A stretch of 64,000 nt of DNA from Halorussus marinus (lineage in GTDB: Archaea; Halobacteriota; Halobacteria; Halobacteriales; Haladaptataceae), in the NCBI RefSeq assembly GCF_004765795.1, contig NZ_SBIV01000002.1:124001-188000 (forward strand). Reading direction: 5' to 3'. The notes beneath the pieces are model-generated. The model worked only from the letters and a program-made list of their open reading frames with translations. It searched no databases and was not told the DNA's origin. Positions within the stretch are counted from its first letter, which is position 1. Each line of letters starts with the position of its first letter. This document shows, piece by piece, positions 37,841-47,300 of this stretch. Both the position numbers and the translations under genes were made by a program.

Positions 37841-39679
37841 TCAGTCGTCGGTCGGTTCGGCGGCCTCGGCCTCGACGCGCTTGCTCTGCTCGACCGCCTC
37901 GGTCAGCGAGACGTTCAACACCAGCATCGAGCCGACGCCACCGATCAGCGTAACGACGTTTTTGACCGCGTGATCCAGGATGGCCGCCCCGAGCGCGACG
38001 CTCCAGCCGATGGGGGTCAGCCCCGCCACGAGGACCGTAAACGCCCCCTCGTAGAGGCCGATGCCGCCGGGCGACAGCGGCAACACCTTCGCGAGGTTGC
38101 CGACGCTGACCGCGAAGAAGCCGACCGCGACCATCGTGACCACCGGTAGCGAGACGTCGAACGCCGCGAGCACGAGCAAAGCGGTCGCCACGTCGAGCGT
38201 CCAGATGGCGAGGCTCGACGCCCCCACCGTGGCGAACGCGCCCCGGTCGCCCGCGACGGTCTGGACGTCGCCCGTGAACCGCTCGACGACGCCCGCGACG
38301 TACTCGGCGTACGAGTCCGAGCTGAGCCGCGAGACCGCCCCGCGGACGAAGTTGCGGTCCGACCGGGCGCTGGCGACGATGACCGCGACCGCGAGGATGG
38401 CCGCGAGGCCGACCCCGCCCGCGACGTACACCGCGGTCTGGCCGCTCGACCCGACGCCGCCCTCGGCCGGCCCGGGGCCGAGCACGGTCGACTGGAGGCC
38501 CGCGATCGAGGTCACGCCGGTGAGCGCGAGCCCGATCAGCACCGCGCCCGCGAGCACCGTGATCGTCAGCAGGTCGAAGACGCGCTCGACCGCCAGCGAC
38601 GCGAACCCGGTCGGGTACGGGATCGACCGGCGGGCCTTCACGACGTAGGCCCGGACCCCGTCGCCGAGCCGCGCCGGGAACACGAGGTTGCCGGTCTGGC
38701 TGATGAAGATCGCCCCCGTCAGGAACCCAGTCGTCTCGGTGTAGTCGAGTTCTTCGAGGATGTCCTTGTACCGGCGCCCGCGCAGGGGCCACGACAGCGC
38801 GTAGACGACCGCGGCGACCCCGACCAGCGTCGGGTCGGCCGCCCGCATCCGGGCGAGCACCTCCTCGACCGGGAGGTAGAGGGTCGTCAGCGCGATCGCG
38901 ATCACCGTCAACAGCAGACCCGCGACGATCGACACCCGACGGGTGATCCGAGGCTGGACCGAAAACTCCCACCAGCACCGCAGGATCTGGCTCCCCATGC
39001 CGAACACGTCCCGGACGATGTCGACCTTCGAGTCGCCTTTCGGGGTCCAGTCGACCGCGAACTCCTTGACGTCGTAGCCCCGCCGCTGGGCCCGGACCAG
39101 CACCTCGGTGTCCCAGAACCAGTGTTCGTCCTCGACGTCGGCCAGCACGTCGAACAGTGCCGCGCGATCGAACGCCTTGAACCCGCACTGGTGGTCCCGG
39201 AGCCCCGAGCCCAGGAACGTACGGGTCAGCCCGTTGAACCCCCGGCTGGCGACGTCGCGTTTCGCCGGCCGGTCGGCCTCGTCGCCGGGCATCCACCGCG
39301 AGCCGGTGGCGAACTCGTACCCGCCCGTCCGGACGCTCTCGACCAACTCTTCGAGGTGTCGCATGTCGGTCGCGAGGTCGGTGTCGAAGTACACCAGCGT
39401 CTCGCCGTCGGCGGCCTCGAACGCGCGGTTGAGCGCCCCGCCGCGGCCGAGTCGCTCGTCGCTGTGGAAGTGTCGGACCCGGTCGTCCTCGGCGGCCATC
39501 CGGTCGGCGATATCGGGCGTACGGTCGTCGCACCCGTCCTCGGCGACGATGACCTCGAAGGCTCCCGCGGGGAGAAACGACCCCAGCGTCGAGAGCGTGG
39601 TCTCGACCGTGTTCTCGATGGTCGCCTCCTCGTTGTAGGCCGGGAGGACGACGCTGACCTCGACTGCGCGGCCACTCAT
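37841..39679 (-). CDS. aglD: GT2 dolichol-phosphate glycosyltransferase with C-terminal flippase-like membrane domain
   Basis: VVLPAYNEE, EDGCDD, DTDL, DHQCGFK, then a multi-TM domain (PARLGD, ERVFD, PGGIG). Confidence 0.85.
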   Translation of the reverse strand: MSGRAVEVSVVLPAYNEEATIENTVETTLSTLGSFLPAGAFEVIVAEDGCDDRTPDIADRMAAEDDRVRHFHSDERLGRGGALNRAFEAADGETLVYFDTDLATDMRHLEELVESVRTGGYEFATGSRWMPGDEADRPAKRDVASRGFNGLTRTFLGSGLRDHQCGFKAFDRAALFDVLADVEDEHWFWDTEVLVRAQRRGYDVKEFAVDWTPKGDSKVDIVRDVFGMGSQILRCWWEFSVQPRITRRVSIVAGLLLTVIAIALTTLYLPVEEVLARMRAADPTLVGVAAVVYALSWPLRGRRYKDILEELDYTETTGFLTGAIFISQTGNLVFPARLGDGVRAYVVKARRSIPYPTGFASLAVERVFDLLTITVLAGAVLIGLALTGVTSIAGLQSTVLGPGPAEGGVGSSGQTAVYVAGGVGLAAILAVAVIVASARSDRNFVRGAVSRLSSDSYAEYVAGVVERFTGDVQTVAGDRGAFATVGASSLAIWTLDVATALLVLAAFDVSLPVVTMVAVGFFAVSVGNLAKVLPLSPGGIGLYEGAFTVLVAGLTPIGWSVALGAAILDHAVKNVVTLIGGVGSMLVLNVSLTEAVEQSKRVEAEAAEPTDD

Positions 39680-40051
39680 TGTCGAACGGGACAGTCCGCC
39701 GGCCTAAGTACCTTCTGCTCCGTTCCGGGAGTCAGCGACGGGCTAAGCGGGCCTTCGACGCGCTCGGGAGCCGTCGGACGGCGATCGCGGCCGACGCGAC
39801 GAGACACCCGCCGGTAACTCGGCGTTACTCTCGTTCCACGCGACGTTTCCCGCCGTTTCGACCGTTTCGGTCGCCGGCCGAATCCGCCCGGGCGGGCGGC
39901 CCGGGCGAAACTCCGGATTAACCAGCCGTACCAACACCCCGTCCCGGGGGTGTTTTGTTCGTTTCCCAGCTTGCGAAATCGCATGCGGGCGGCGTGTTAA
40001 CCGGGTGTACCAAATCCCCTAAGGCGGACGCCGCGCTACGTAGAGATAGTC

Positions 40052-40291
40052 ATGAGCACGACCGCTGCTGGCACGACCACCCTCACCGACAAGCAACAGC
40101 GCATCCTCGGGTACCTCCGCGAGCACGGCGACACCAAGACGTACTTCAAGTCCCGGCTCATCGGCGACGAACTCGGCCTGACCGCCAAGGAGGTCGGCGC
40201 GAACATGACCGCCATCGCCGAGGGGAGCTTCGACGTCGACGTCGAGAAGTGGGGGTACTCCTCGTCGACGACGTGGAAGGTCACGGCCTGA
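40052..40291 (+). CDS. Small haloarchaeal HTH-like protein (DUF7123-like)
   Basis: YFKSRLIGDELGLTAKEVG...EKWGYSSSTTWKV. Confidence 0.8.
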   Translation: MSTTAAGTTTLTDKQQRILGYLREHGDTKTYFKSRLIGDELGLTAKEVGANMTAIAEGSFDVDVEKWGYSSSTTWKVTA

Positions 40292-40413
40292 AGCCGCCCG
40301 CCGAACCCCGTCCCCGGTCGTTCCGCTGCTGGCACGCGCTCGGGGGTTTCCGCGGTTCGATTCCGCTCTCGCTTTTTCCGCAGCGTGATCGAGACCACAG
40401 CCGCCCCGCCGCC

Positions 40414-40932
40414 TCACTCGTAGCGGTCGGTCACGAACGGGCCGAGCGCGCCCGCGAGCGCCGCGGCGAGCGCGCTCTCGCGGTCGATGACCTCGCCCGT
40501 CAACACCCCGGCCGCACCCTGCCGTTCCGCGACGTCGGCGGTGCCCAAGACGTCGTCCATCACCGGACCGAGTTCCTCGCCGGCCCTGACGCGGGCGGCG
40601 ACCGACTCGGGGAGGCCGAGTCGCGGGCCCGCGCCGAGCCCCGATCGCTCGCCGTCGGTGACCGCCGCCCACATGGTCAAAAACAGGCCGTCGGCGCCCT
40701 CGACCTCGGCGACCCCGCCTTCGAGGCCGACGCCGAGATCGAACGCGCCGGCGTCGAGGGCGTTCCGGGCGCGGGTCCGCGCGCCCTCGATCGTCTCCGA
40801 CGGGCCGAACGGCTGTTCGCTCACGCCCGACCGGACGTCGACGGCGTCGACCGACGCGTCTGTGACCCCCGAGAGCGCGGTCTCGGTCGCCCGCCGCTTC
40901 ACCGGGTTCGTGCTGCCGACGGCGACTCGCAT
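40414..40932 (-). CDS. yjjX: Inosine/xanthosine triphosphatase (YjjX/DUF84)
   Basis: VGSTNPVK, SGVSEQP, GLEGG, ELGPVMD. Confidence 0.88.
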   Translation of the reverse strand: MRVAVGSTNPVKRRATETALSGVTDASVDAVDVRSGVSEQPFGPSETIEGARTRARNALDAGAFDLGVGLEGGVAEVEGADGLFLTMWAAVTDGERSGLGAGPRLGLPESVAARVRAGEELGPVMDDVLGTADVAERQGAAGVLTGEVIDRESALAAALAGALGPFVTDRYE

Positions 40933-41000
40933 ACCCGAGCCGAGACGGGCGTCCGACTTGGCGGTTGCGCTCGCGGGCCGATCCCCCGACGCGAGCCGAC

Positions 41001-41798
41001 CTACGCCTCGATCGCCGCGGGGTGGAGGACGGCCGCGAGCGTCTCGACGCCCTCGATCAGCCGCGGACTCGGCTGGTTCAAAAGCGAGTCGTCGAGGACG
41101 TGGACGTTGTCCCGTTCGATCGCCGGGAGCTCCCAGCCCCGGTCGGCCACGACCGCGGGGTCGCTCCGCTCGCCGTGCCCGCAGACGTGGAGCACGACGT
41201 GTTCGGGGCCGGCGGCTTCGACGCTCGCGGCCGAGACCTCCCGAGAGCGTTCGCCCGGCGGGACGAACGGGTAGCGCCCGCCGGCGGTCTCGATGGCCTC
41301 GGGCACCCAGTTGCCCGCCGCCATCGGCGGGTCCGACCACTCCTCGGCGTAGACGACCGGGCGGTCGCGGCCCGCCACGAGCCCCCGGACGCGGTCGAGC
41401 CGGCTCCGGGCGCGCCACGCGAGGTCGTGGCCCGCCTTCGGGAGCCCGGCGGCCGCCCCGAACGCGGCGAACGACTCGACGACGTCCGCGAGCGTGGCCG
41501 GCGCCGCGTGGAACACCTCGTGGCCGCGCTCGCGGAGGTCGGCGGCGACCTCCGCCTGGAGGTCGTCGGACGTCACCACGAGGTCGGGGTCGAGGGCCGC
41601 GACCGCGTCGTAGTCGGGGTCGAGCCAGCCGCCGACCCGCGCGGCGTCGACATCCGAGCAATGGTGGGTCGCCCCCACGACCCGGTCCAGCCCGCCGAGC
41701 GCGCGCAGGGTCTCGGTCGCGCTCGGCGCCAGCGAGACGATTCGCTCGGGCCGCGAATCGGGGGCCGTCGGCTCCGGTCGGTCGGGTGCGGCGTCCAT
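41001..41798 (-). CDS. BtuF-like (cobalamin/Fe-siderophore) binding-protein homolog without signal peptide
   Basis: RIVSLAPSATE, ALDPDLV, EEWSDPPM, LNQPSPRL. Confidence 0.82.
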   Translation of the reverse strand: MDAAPDRPEPTAPDSRPERIVSLAPSATETLRALGGLDRVVGATHHCSDVDAARVGGWLDPDYDAVAALDPDLVVTSDDLQAEVAADLRERGHEVFHAAPATLADVVESFAAFGAAAGLPKAGHDLAWRARSRLDRVRGLVAGRDRPVVYAEEWSDPPMAAGNWVPEAIETAGGRYPFVPPGERSREVSAASVEAAGPEHVVLHVCGHGERSDPAVVADRGWELPAIERDNVHVLDDSLLNQPSPRLIEGVETLAAVLHPAAIEA

Positions 41799-41929
41799 CG
41801 CGTCCCACTCGGAGCCCCGGGGGATTAAATCGTCCGCTCGCGGGGCCCCGCGCCCAGTCCGAGAGACGCGCCGTCTCCGCGGCGACTTCGCGGACCGTGG
41901 TAGCCGTTCACGCGAACCGCGAAATATAA

Positions 41930-41957
41930 TTCCGAAAATACTAAATACCTTTCGGAA
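41930..41957 (+). promoter_or_regulatory. Inverted repeat TTCCGAAA-N12-TTTCGGAA around the tfb TATA region
   Basis: Perfect 8-bp arms enclosing TAAATA in an AT-rich promoter. Confidence 0.6.
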
Positions 41958-42047
41958 GTATTGAGGTGTAAGAACTGAGGTCCGGGTTTCTCAGGTTTTC
42001 CCCCTGCCCGGTAGCCCACGGCCTCTCGCGTAATTAGAGGAGCTAGC

Positions 42048-43013
42048 ATGACAGACACCCGAATCCAGACCAGAACTGCGAGCGAGAACGAAGTCGAAGA
42101 CGAACGAGAAGACGGAACCGCCTGCCCGGAGTGCAGCGGCCACCTCATCGCCGACGACGAGCGCGGCGAGACCGTCTGCGAGGACTGCGGCCTCGTCGTC
42201 GACGAAGACCAGGTCGACCGCGGCCCCGAGTGGCGCGCGTTCGACTCGAAGGAGAAAAACGAAAAGAGCCGGGTCGGCGCCCCGACCACCAACACGATGC
42301 ACGACAAGGGGCTGTCGACCAACATCGACTGGCGCAACAAGGACGCCTACGGCAACTCGCTCGGTTCGCGCCAGCGCGAGAAGATGCAACGGCTCCGCAA
42401 GTGGAACGAGCGGTTCCGGACCCGCGACTCCAAAGAGCGCAACCTCAAGCAGGCGCTCGGCGAGATCGACCGCATGGCTTCGGCGCTCGGGCTCCCGAAC
42501 AACGTCCGGGAGACCGCTTCGGTCATCTACCGGCGCGCGCTCGACGAGGACCTCCTGCCCGGCCGCTCGATCGAGGGCGTCTCGACGGCCTGCGTCTACG
42601 CCGCGGCCCGACAGGCCGGCGTCCCCCGGAGCCTCGACGAGATCGCGGACGTGAGCCGGGTCGAGAAGAGCGAGGTCGCCCGGACCTACCGGTACGTGGT
42701 CCGAGAGCTCAACCTCGAAGTCAAGCCCGCCGACCCCGAGAGCTACGTCCCGCGGTTCGCCTCCGGGCTCGACCTCTCAGACGAGGCCGAACACCGCGCC
42801 CGCGAACTCCTCCAGACCGCCAAAGAGCAGGGCGTCCACAGCGGGAAGTCGCCGGTCGGGCTCGCCGCGGCCGCCGTCTACGCCGCCGCGCTACTCACCA
42901 ACGAGAAGACCACGCAGGCCGAGGTCAGCGAGGTCGCCGACATCAGCGAGGTCACGATCCGCAACCGCTACCACGAACTGCTCGAAGCCGAGGAAGCGCC
43001 CGCAGTCCTGTAG
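42048..43013 (+). CDS. tfb: Transcription initiation factor IIB
   Basis: CPEC..CEDC zinc ribbon, DRGPEWRAF, two cyclin repeats, EVTIRNRY. Confidence 0.97.
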   Translation: MTDTRIQTRTASENEVEDEREDGTACPECSGHLIADDERGETVCEDCGLVVDEDQVDRGPEWRAFDSKEKNEKSRVGAPTTNTMHDKGLSTNIDWRNKDAYGNSLGSRQREKMQRLRKWNERFRTRDSKERNLKQALGEIDRMASALGLPNNVRETASVIYRRALDEDLLPGRSIEGVSTACVYAAARQAGVPRSLDEIADVSRVEKSEVARTYRYVVRELNLEVKPADPESYVPRFASGLDLSDEAEHRARELLQTAKEQGVHSGKSPVGLAAAAVYAAALLTNEKTTQAEVSEVADISEVTIRNRYHELLEAEEAPAVL

Positions 43014-43065
43014 TCTCCCGAACCGAAAGACCGTTCTGTCGCCCGCGTGAGATGCCACCAAGCGG

Positions 43066-44094
43066 ATGGAGACCGAACACCGGATCCACGTCGGCGACGC
43101 TCGCGAACTCGACGGAGTGAGCGACGGCTCCGTCGAACTGGTCGTCACCTCGCCGCCGTACCCCATGATCGAGATGTGGGACGATCTGTTCGGGGCGCTC
43201 GACCCCGCGATCGAGGACCGCCTCGCGGCGGGCGAGGCCGACGCCGCCTTCGAGGCGATGCACGACGCGCTCGACCCGGTGTGGGACGAACTAGCCCGCG
43301 TGCTCGTCGACGGCGGTATCGCCGCGATCAACGTCGGCGACGCGACCCGAAGCCTCGGCGGGGGCTTCCAGGTGTTCCCGAACCGGGCCGAACTGGTGGC
43401 CCGGCTCCGCGATCGGGGGTTCGCGCTGCTGCCCGAGATCGTCTGGCGCAAGCCCGCCAACGGCCACACCAAGTTCATGGGGTCGGGGATGGTGCCGCCC
43501 AACGCCTACCCGACGCTCGAACACGAGTACGTCCTCGTGTTCCGAAACGGGACCGAACCCCGGTCGTTCGAGCCGGGCGCCGACCGGCGCTACGAGGCCG
43601 CCTACTTCTGGGAGGAGCGAAACGAGTGGTTCTCGGACCTCTGGACCGACGTTCGGGGGACCGGCCAGTCGCTCGACGCCGAAGCCCTCCGCGATCGGTC
43701 GGCCGCCTACCCCTTCGAGATCCCCCATCGGCTCGTCCAGATGTACTCGGCGTACGGCGACACGGTGCTCGACCCCTTCTGGGGGACCGGCACCACGACG
43801 CTCGCGGCGATGGTCGCGGGCCGGGACTCGGTGGGCTACGAACTCGACCGGGAGTTCCGGGCGGTGTTCGACGACCGCGTCGCCGGCGTCGGGTCGCTGG
43901 CCGACCGCGTGGCCCGCGAGCGACTCGACGCCCACCGCGCGTTCGCGGCCGACGCCGACCTCGGCTACGACGCCGAACACTACGATTTCGGCGTGAAGAC
44001 GAAACAGGAGCGCCGGATACGGCTGTACACCGTCGACGGCTACGAGCGCGAGGGCGACCGGTACGTCGTCGCCCACGAGCCGGTCGAGGAGTGA
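43066..44094 (+). CDS. Orphan N4-cytosine/N6-adenine DNA methyltransferase (beta class), probable CTAG-specific Zim homolog
   Basis: VTSPPY catalytic motif before LDPFWGTGTT SAM motif; no restriction gene nearby; tfb/aro neighbourhood typical of the haloarchaeal CTAG MTase. Confidence 0.85.
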   Translation: METEHRIHVGDARELDGVSDGSVELVVTSPPYPMIEMWDDLFGALDPAIEDRLAAGEADAAFEAMHDALDPVWDELARVLVDGGIAAINVGDATRSLGGGFQVFPNRAELVARLRDRGFALLPEIVWRKPANGHTKFMGSGMVPPNAYPTLEHEYVLVFRNGTEPRSFEPGADRRYEAAYFWEERNEWFSDLWTDVRGTGQSLDAEALRDRSAAYPFEIPHRLVQMYSAYGDTVLDPFWGTGTTTLAAMVAGRDSVGYELDREFRAVFDDRVAGVGSLADRVARERLDAHRAFAADADLGYDAEHYDFGVKTKQERRIRLYTVDGYEREGDRYVVAHEPVEE

Positions 44095-44103
44095 GGCCCC
44101 GAG

Positions 44104-44760
44104 CTACCCCGTCTCGTCGGGAAGCGTCAGCGCCGACCGGACCAGCGCCTCCGAGCCCCGGCGGATCCGCTGGGAGGCGGCGTTGGCCGAGATGCCAAGC
44201 GCCTCGCCGATCTCCTCGGCGGACGCGGCCCGCGGGACCGCGAAGTACCCCGCCTCGGCCGCCGTGACCAGCGCCTCGTACTGCGCGGGCGTCAGCCCGA
44301 ACTCGCGCTGGCGCGGTTCGGCGGGGTGGGTGAGGTGGTTGACCTCGAACGAGTGGTCGGTCTCCCGGAAGTGGGTCTGGAACGACGACACCATCTCCTC
44401 CTCGGCGAACCGCAGTCGCAGGGTCCACCGGTCGGACCGCGCGGTCGCCTCGATGATCACCGCGTGGTGGTCGATCATGTCGTGGACCAGATCGCAGACC
44501 TCGTCGGTCCACACGACCCGGTACAGCACCTCCCCGTCGGCCTCCTCCGCGACGTCGACCTCGGCGACCGTCGGGTCGTCGGCCAGCGCTCGCCGGAACC
44601 GCTCGAAGTCGCCGCCGGTCGCCCAGAGAAACGGGAACACCTCCCTCGGGCTGTGAGTTGCCAATCGGTCGGCCTCGATCGTCATCTCGGGGACCGCCGA
44701 CAGCGCCTCCGCCAGCGCGAAGGCGCGTGCGGGGATGGTGAACTCGCCGACGATACTCAT
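44104..44760 (-). CDS. Bat-like HTH_10 transcriptional regulator
   Basis: LTPAQYEALVTAAEAGYFAVPR...LGISANAASQRIRRG. Confidence 0.88.
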   Translation of the reverse strand: MSIVGEFTIPARAFALAEALSAVPEMTIEADRLATHSPREVFPFLWATGGDFERFRRALADDPTVAEVDVAEEADGEVLYRVVWTDEVCDLVHDMIDHHAVIIEATARSDRWTLRLRFAEEEMVSSFQTHFRETDHSFEVNHLTHPAEPRQREFGLTPAQYEALVTAAEAGYFAVPRAASAEEIGEALGISANAASQRIRRGSEALVRSALTLPDETG

Positions 44761-44844
44761 GGCCCTACTCCGGGAGCCGGCGAAATAAGTGCCCGGGCGG
44801 ACCCGACGGATACGCTTTTACCGGTCGGTCCCACAGGGTCGGGC

Positions 44845-45516
44845 ATGGAGTTCGACGAGTTCGTCCTCGCGGCCGCCGTCGGCGACCTCGACGCCGAGCC
44901 CCGAGCGCGCCCGCACGCCGACGCGGTCGAGTTCCGGATGGACCTCGCCGACGACCCGCTCGCGGCGCTGGCCGACTACGACGGCGAGCTTCCGGTTATC
45001 GCCACCAACCGCGCGGCGTGGGAGGGCGGCGAGGCCGGCGACGACGAGGCCCGACTCGCCGCCCTCGCCGAGGCCGCCGAACTAGCCTGCGTCGGCGCGG
45101 TCGACGTGGAACTGAAGAGCCTGACCGACGGCGAGGGCGAGACGGTCGCCGAGCGCGCTCGCCGGACCGGGACCGCCGTGATCGCTTCCGTCCACGACTT
45201 CGGGGCCACGCCGCCGACGCCCGAACTGCGCGGCCTGCTCGAATCGGCCACCGACCGGGGCGACGTCGGGAAGCTCGCGGTGACCGCCGAGGACCGGGCC
45301 GACGTGCTCGACCTGCTCGGGGTCACCCACGAGTTCGGGACGGCGGGCGCGCGGGTCGCCACGATGGCGATGGGCGCGGCGGGTCGACACTCGCGGGCGG
45401 TCGCGCCGGTGTACGGGTCGAAGATCGGGTACGCGCCGGTCGACCCCGCCGAGGCGACCGCTCCGGGTCAGTACGACCTCCGGACGCTCGCGGGGCTGGT
45501 CGAGCAGTTGCGGTGA
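44845..45516 (+). CDS. aroD: Type I 3-dehydroquinate dehydratase
   Basis: VEFRMD, ATNRAAWEGG, VDVEL, SVHDF..TP, KLAV, MAMG...SR, APGQ. Confidence 0.92.
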   Translation: MEFDEFVLAAAVGDLDAEPRARPHADAVEFRMDLADDPLAALADYDGELPVIATNRAAWEGGEAGDDEARLAALAEAAELACVGAVDVELKSLTDGEGETVAERARRTGTAVIASVHDFGATPPTPELRGLLESATDRGDVGKLAVTAEDRADVLDLLGVTHEFGTAGARVATMAMGAAGRHSRAVAPVYGSKIGYAPVDPAEATAPGQYDLRTLAGLVEQLR

Positions 45517-45559
45517 GCGGGGACAGCATTTATATTCGTCGGCCGGTAACCCCCGGACA

Positions 45560-46039
45560 GTGACTCGTACGAAATCCGGAAAGCGACCGTGGCTGGGCGC
45601 CCTACTGTCGTTTTTCCTGCCCGGTATCGGGCACGTCTATCTGAAGGAGTGGCTCCGGTCGGCGATGTGGTTCGCGCTCGCGGTCAGCGCGGTCTTGCTG
45701 TTCGTTCCGATGCCCGACTCGGTGATGGCGTCGGCCGAGGCCGGCGGGATGGAGTCGGCGTGGACCGCCGCGATGGAGGCCACCTCGGACCTGTCGCTGG
45801 AGGCGATGCTCCCCGTGCTCGTGGTTCGGATCTTCAGCGGGATCGACGCCTACTGGCTCGCGCTCCGGACCGACAGCGTCGGCGGCGACGACGGGAACGG
45901 CGGCGCGGAGTGTCCCTCGTGCGGTCGCACCGTCGACGAGGACCTCGACTTCTGTCAGTGGTGTACGGCGCCCCTTCCGGGTCGCGACGAGGGCTCGGAG
46001 GGGGAGGTCTCGGCCGAGAACGGCGCGGTCTCGCGGTAG
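45560..46039 (+). CDS. Membrane protein with C-terminal zinc ribbon
   Basis: PWLGALLSFFLPGIGHVY; CPSC...FCQWC. Confidence 0.8.
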   Translation: MTRTKSGKRPWLGALLSFFLPGIGHVYLKEWLRSAMWFALAVSAVLLFVPMPDSVMASAEAGGMESAWTAAMEATSDLSLEAMLPVLVVRIFSGIDAYWLALRTDSVGGDDGNGGAECPSCGRTVDEDLDFCQWCTAPLPGRDEGSEGEVSAENGAVSR

Positions 46040-47224
46040 TTACTTCTCGATGATGCTCTCCTCGACGGTCTCGCCGAAGTGGCGAGCGCCGCCCTCGCGG
46101 TAGACCCGGAGTTCGTCGCCGACCGCGAGATCGGTGACGGCGGTCCGGCCCTCGCGGGTCGGGACCTTGATCGTCTCGGCGTTCTGGAGCAGCGTCTCCA
46201 CCCGGTCGCCGGGGCCGCTCGAACTCTCGTCGTCGAACTCCGCCTCGACGCGGAACATCGGACGCTTCTCGATCTTGACCCGGCCGACGGTCGCCTCCCT
46301 GGTGGTGCCGTCCAGATCGACGATCTGGACTTGATCGCCGGATTTCAGCTCCGAGAGGTACTTGGTACCGCCGTCGGGCGTCCGGACGTAGGCGTGGACC
46401 GCGCCCGCGTTCACCCGGAACGGCCGGGAGGCGACGTACGGCGACTCGGCGGTCTCGGCGTGGACGAAAAAGAGCCCGCGGGACATCGACCCGACCAACA
46501 TCCCCTCGTCGTGGTCCATCAGGCTCCCGGTGTCGATACAGACCCGGTCGGCGGTGCCGGTGCGCTCGACCGCGGTGACGGTCGCCCAGTCGAACTCGAG
46601 GGTCTCGCGTTCGGCCTCGTCGCGGACCGCGACCGTCTCGCGGATCTCGTCGGGGTCGTCGGTGTCGAGCAGGACCGCGTCGCTCCCGATTTCGAGGGTC
46701 TCGAACGCGGTCTGGGCCTCGGCGGCCGTGGTGACCCCCGCGACGAGTTCGGTCTCCTCGCCGATCCGGGCGATGAGATTTTCGAGGGGGATGATCGTCC
46801 AGTCCTCGCCGACGACGAGGGTGTAGTCGGCCTCGGTCGCGGCCGCCTCGGCGAACGCCTCGTAGTCCTCGTCGAAGATGCGAACGTACGCGCCGTCGGC
46901 CCGGTCGTCGTCGCGCCGGAGCGTCGAGAGGTCCGCCGACCCCGAGAAGTCCGAGGGGAGATCGACCGTCCCGTCGCCCTCGCCGTCCTTGCCGACGACG
47001 TAGGCGTCGGGTTGGGCCGCCGATCCGGCCTCGTCGATCACTTCGGCGTCGCCATCGGTGAACGCCGCGACGTTCACGTCCCCGAGCTCCCGGACGCGTC
47101 CGACGTCTTCGCGGTCGACGAGCACCCAGTCGACCCCGGATTCGAGTCCCGCGGTGATGCGTCGCCGACGCGCGTCCCAGTCGCCGACCGCGTCGTCGGC
47201 CTTCAGCCATACCGAGCGTGTCAT
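46040..47224 (-). CDS. aroB: 3-dehydroquinate synthase II (archaeal AroB')
   Basis: DWTIIPLENLIA, DRVCIDT, RPFRVNAGAVHAY, LQNAETI. Confidence 0.93.
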   Translation of the reverse strand: MTRSVWLKADDAVGDWDARRRRITAGLESGVDWVLVDREDVGRVRELGDVNVAAFTDGDAEVIDEAGSAAQPDAYVVGKDGEGDGTVDLPSDFSGSADLSTLRRDDDRADGAYVRIFDEDYEAFAEAAATEADYTLVVGEDWTIIPLENLIARIGEETELVAGVTTAAEAQTAFETLEIGSDAVLLDTDDPDEIRETVAVRDEAERETLEFDWATVTAVERTGTADRVCIDTGSLMDHDEGMLVGSMSRGLFFVHAETAESPYVASRPFRVNAGAVHAYVRTPDGGTKYLSELKSGDQVQIVDLDGTTREATVGRVKIEKRPMFRVEAEFDDESSSGPGDRVETLLQNAETIKVPTREGRTAVTDLAVGDELRVYREGGARHFGETVEESIIEK

Positions 47225-47300
47225 ACTCGGAGGCTTGCGTCCCGGTGGCTTGAACGTGGCGGATGCGGCGACCCCACGCCCGCGCGCGGTCGGAGCCGGG

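Noticed and set aside
39933..39954. Hairpin AACACCCC-N6-GGGGTGTT followed by a T-run in the aglD intergenic region
   Set aside because: Could end an sRNA, but no clear promoter or other support is visible, so it is too weak to call.
43066..44094. Restriction-modification or defence island
   Set aside because: No nuclease or other defence genes; the context is core housekeeping.
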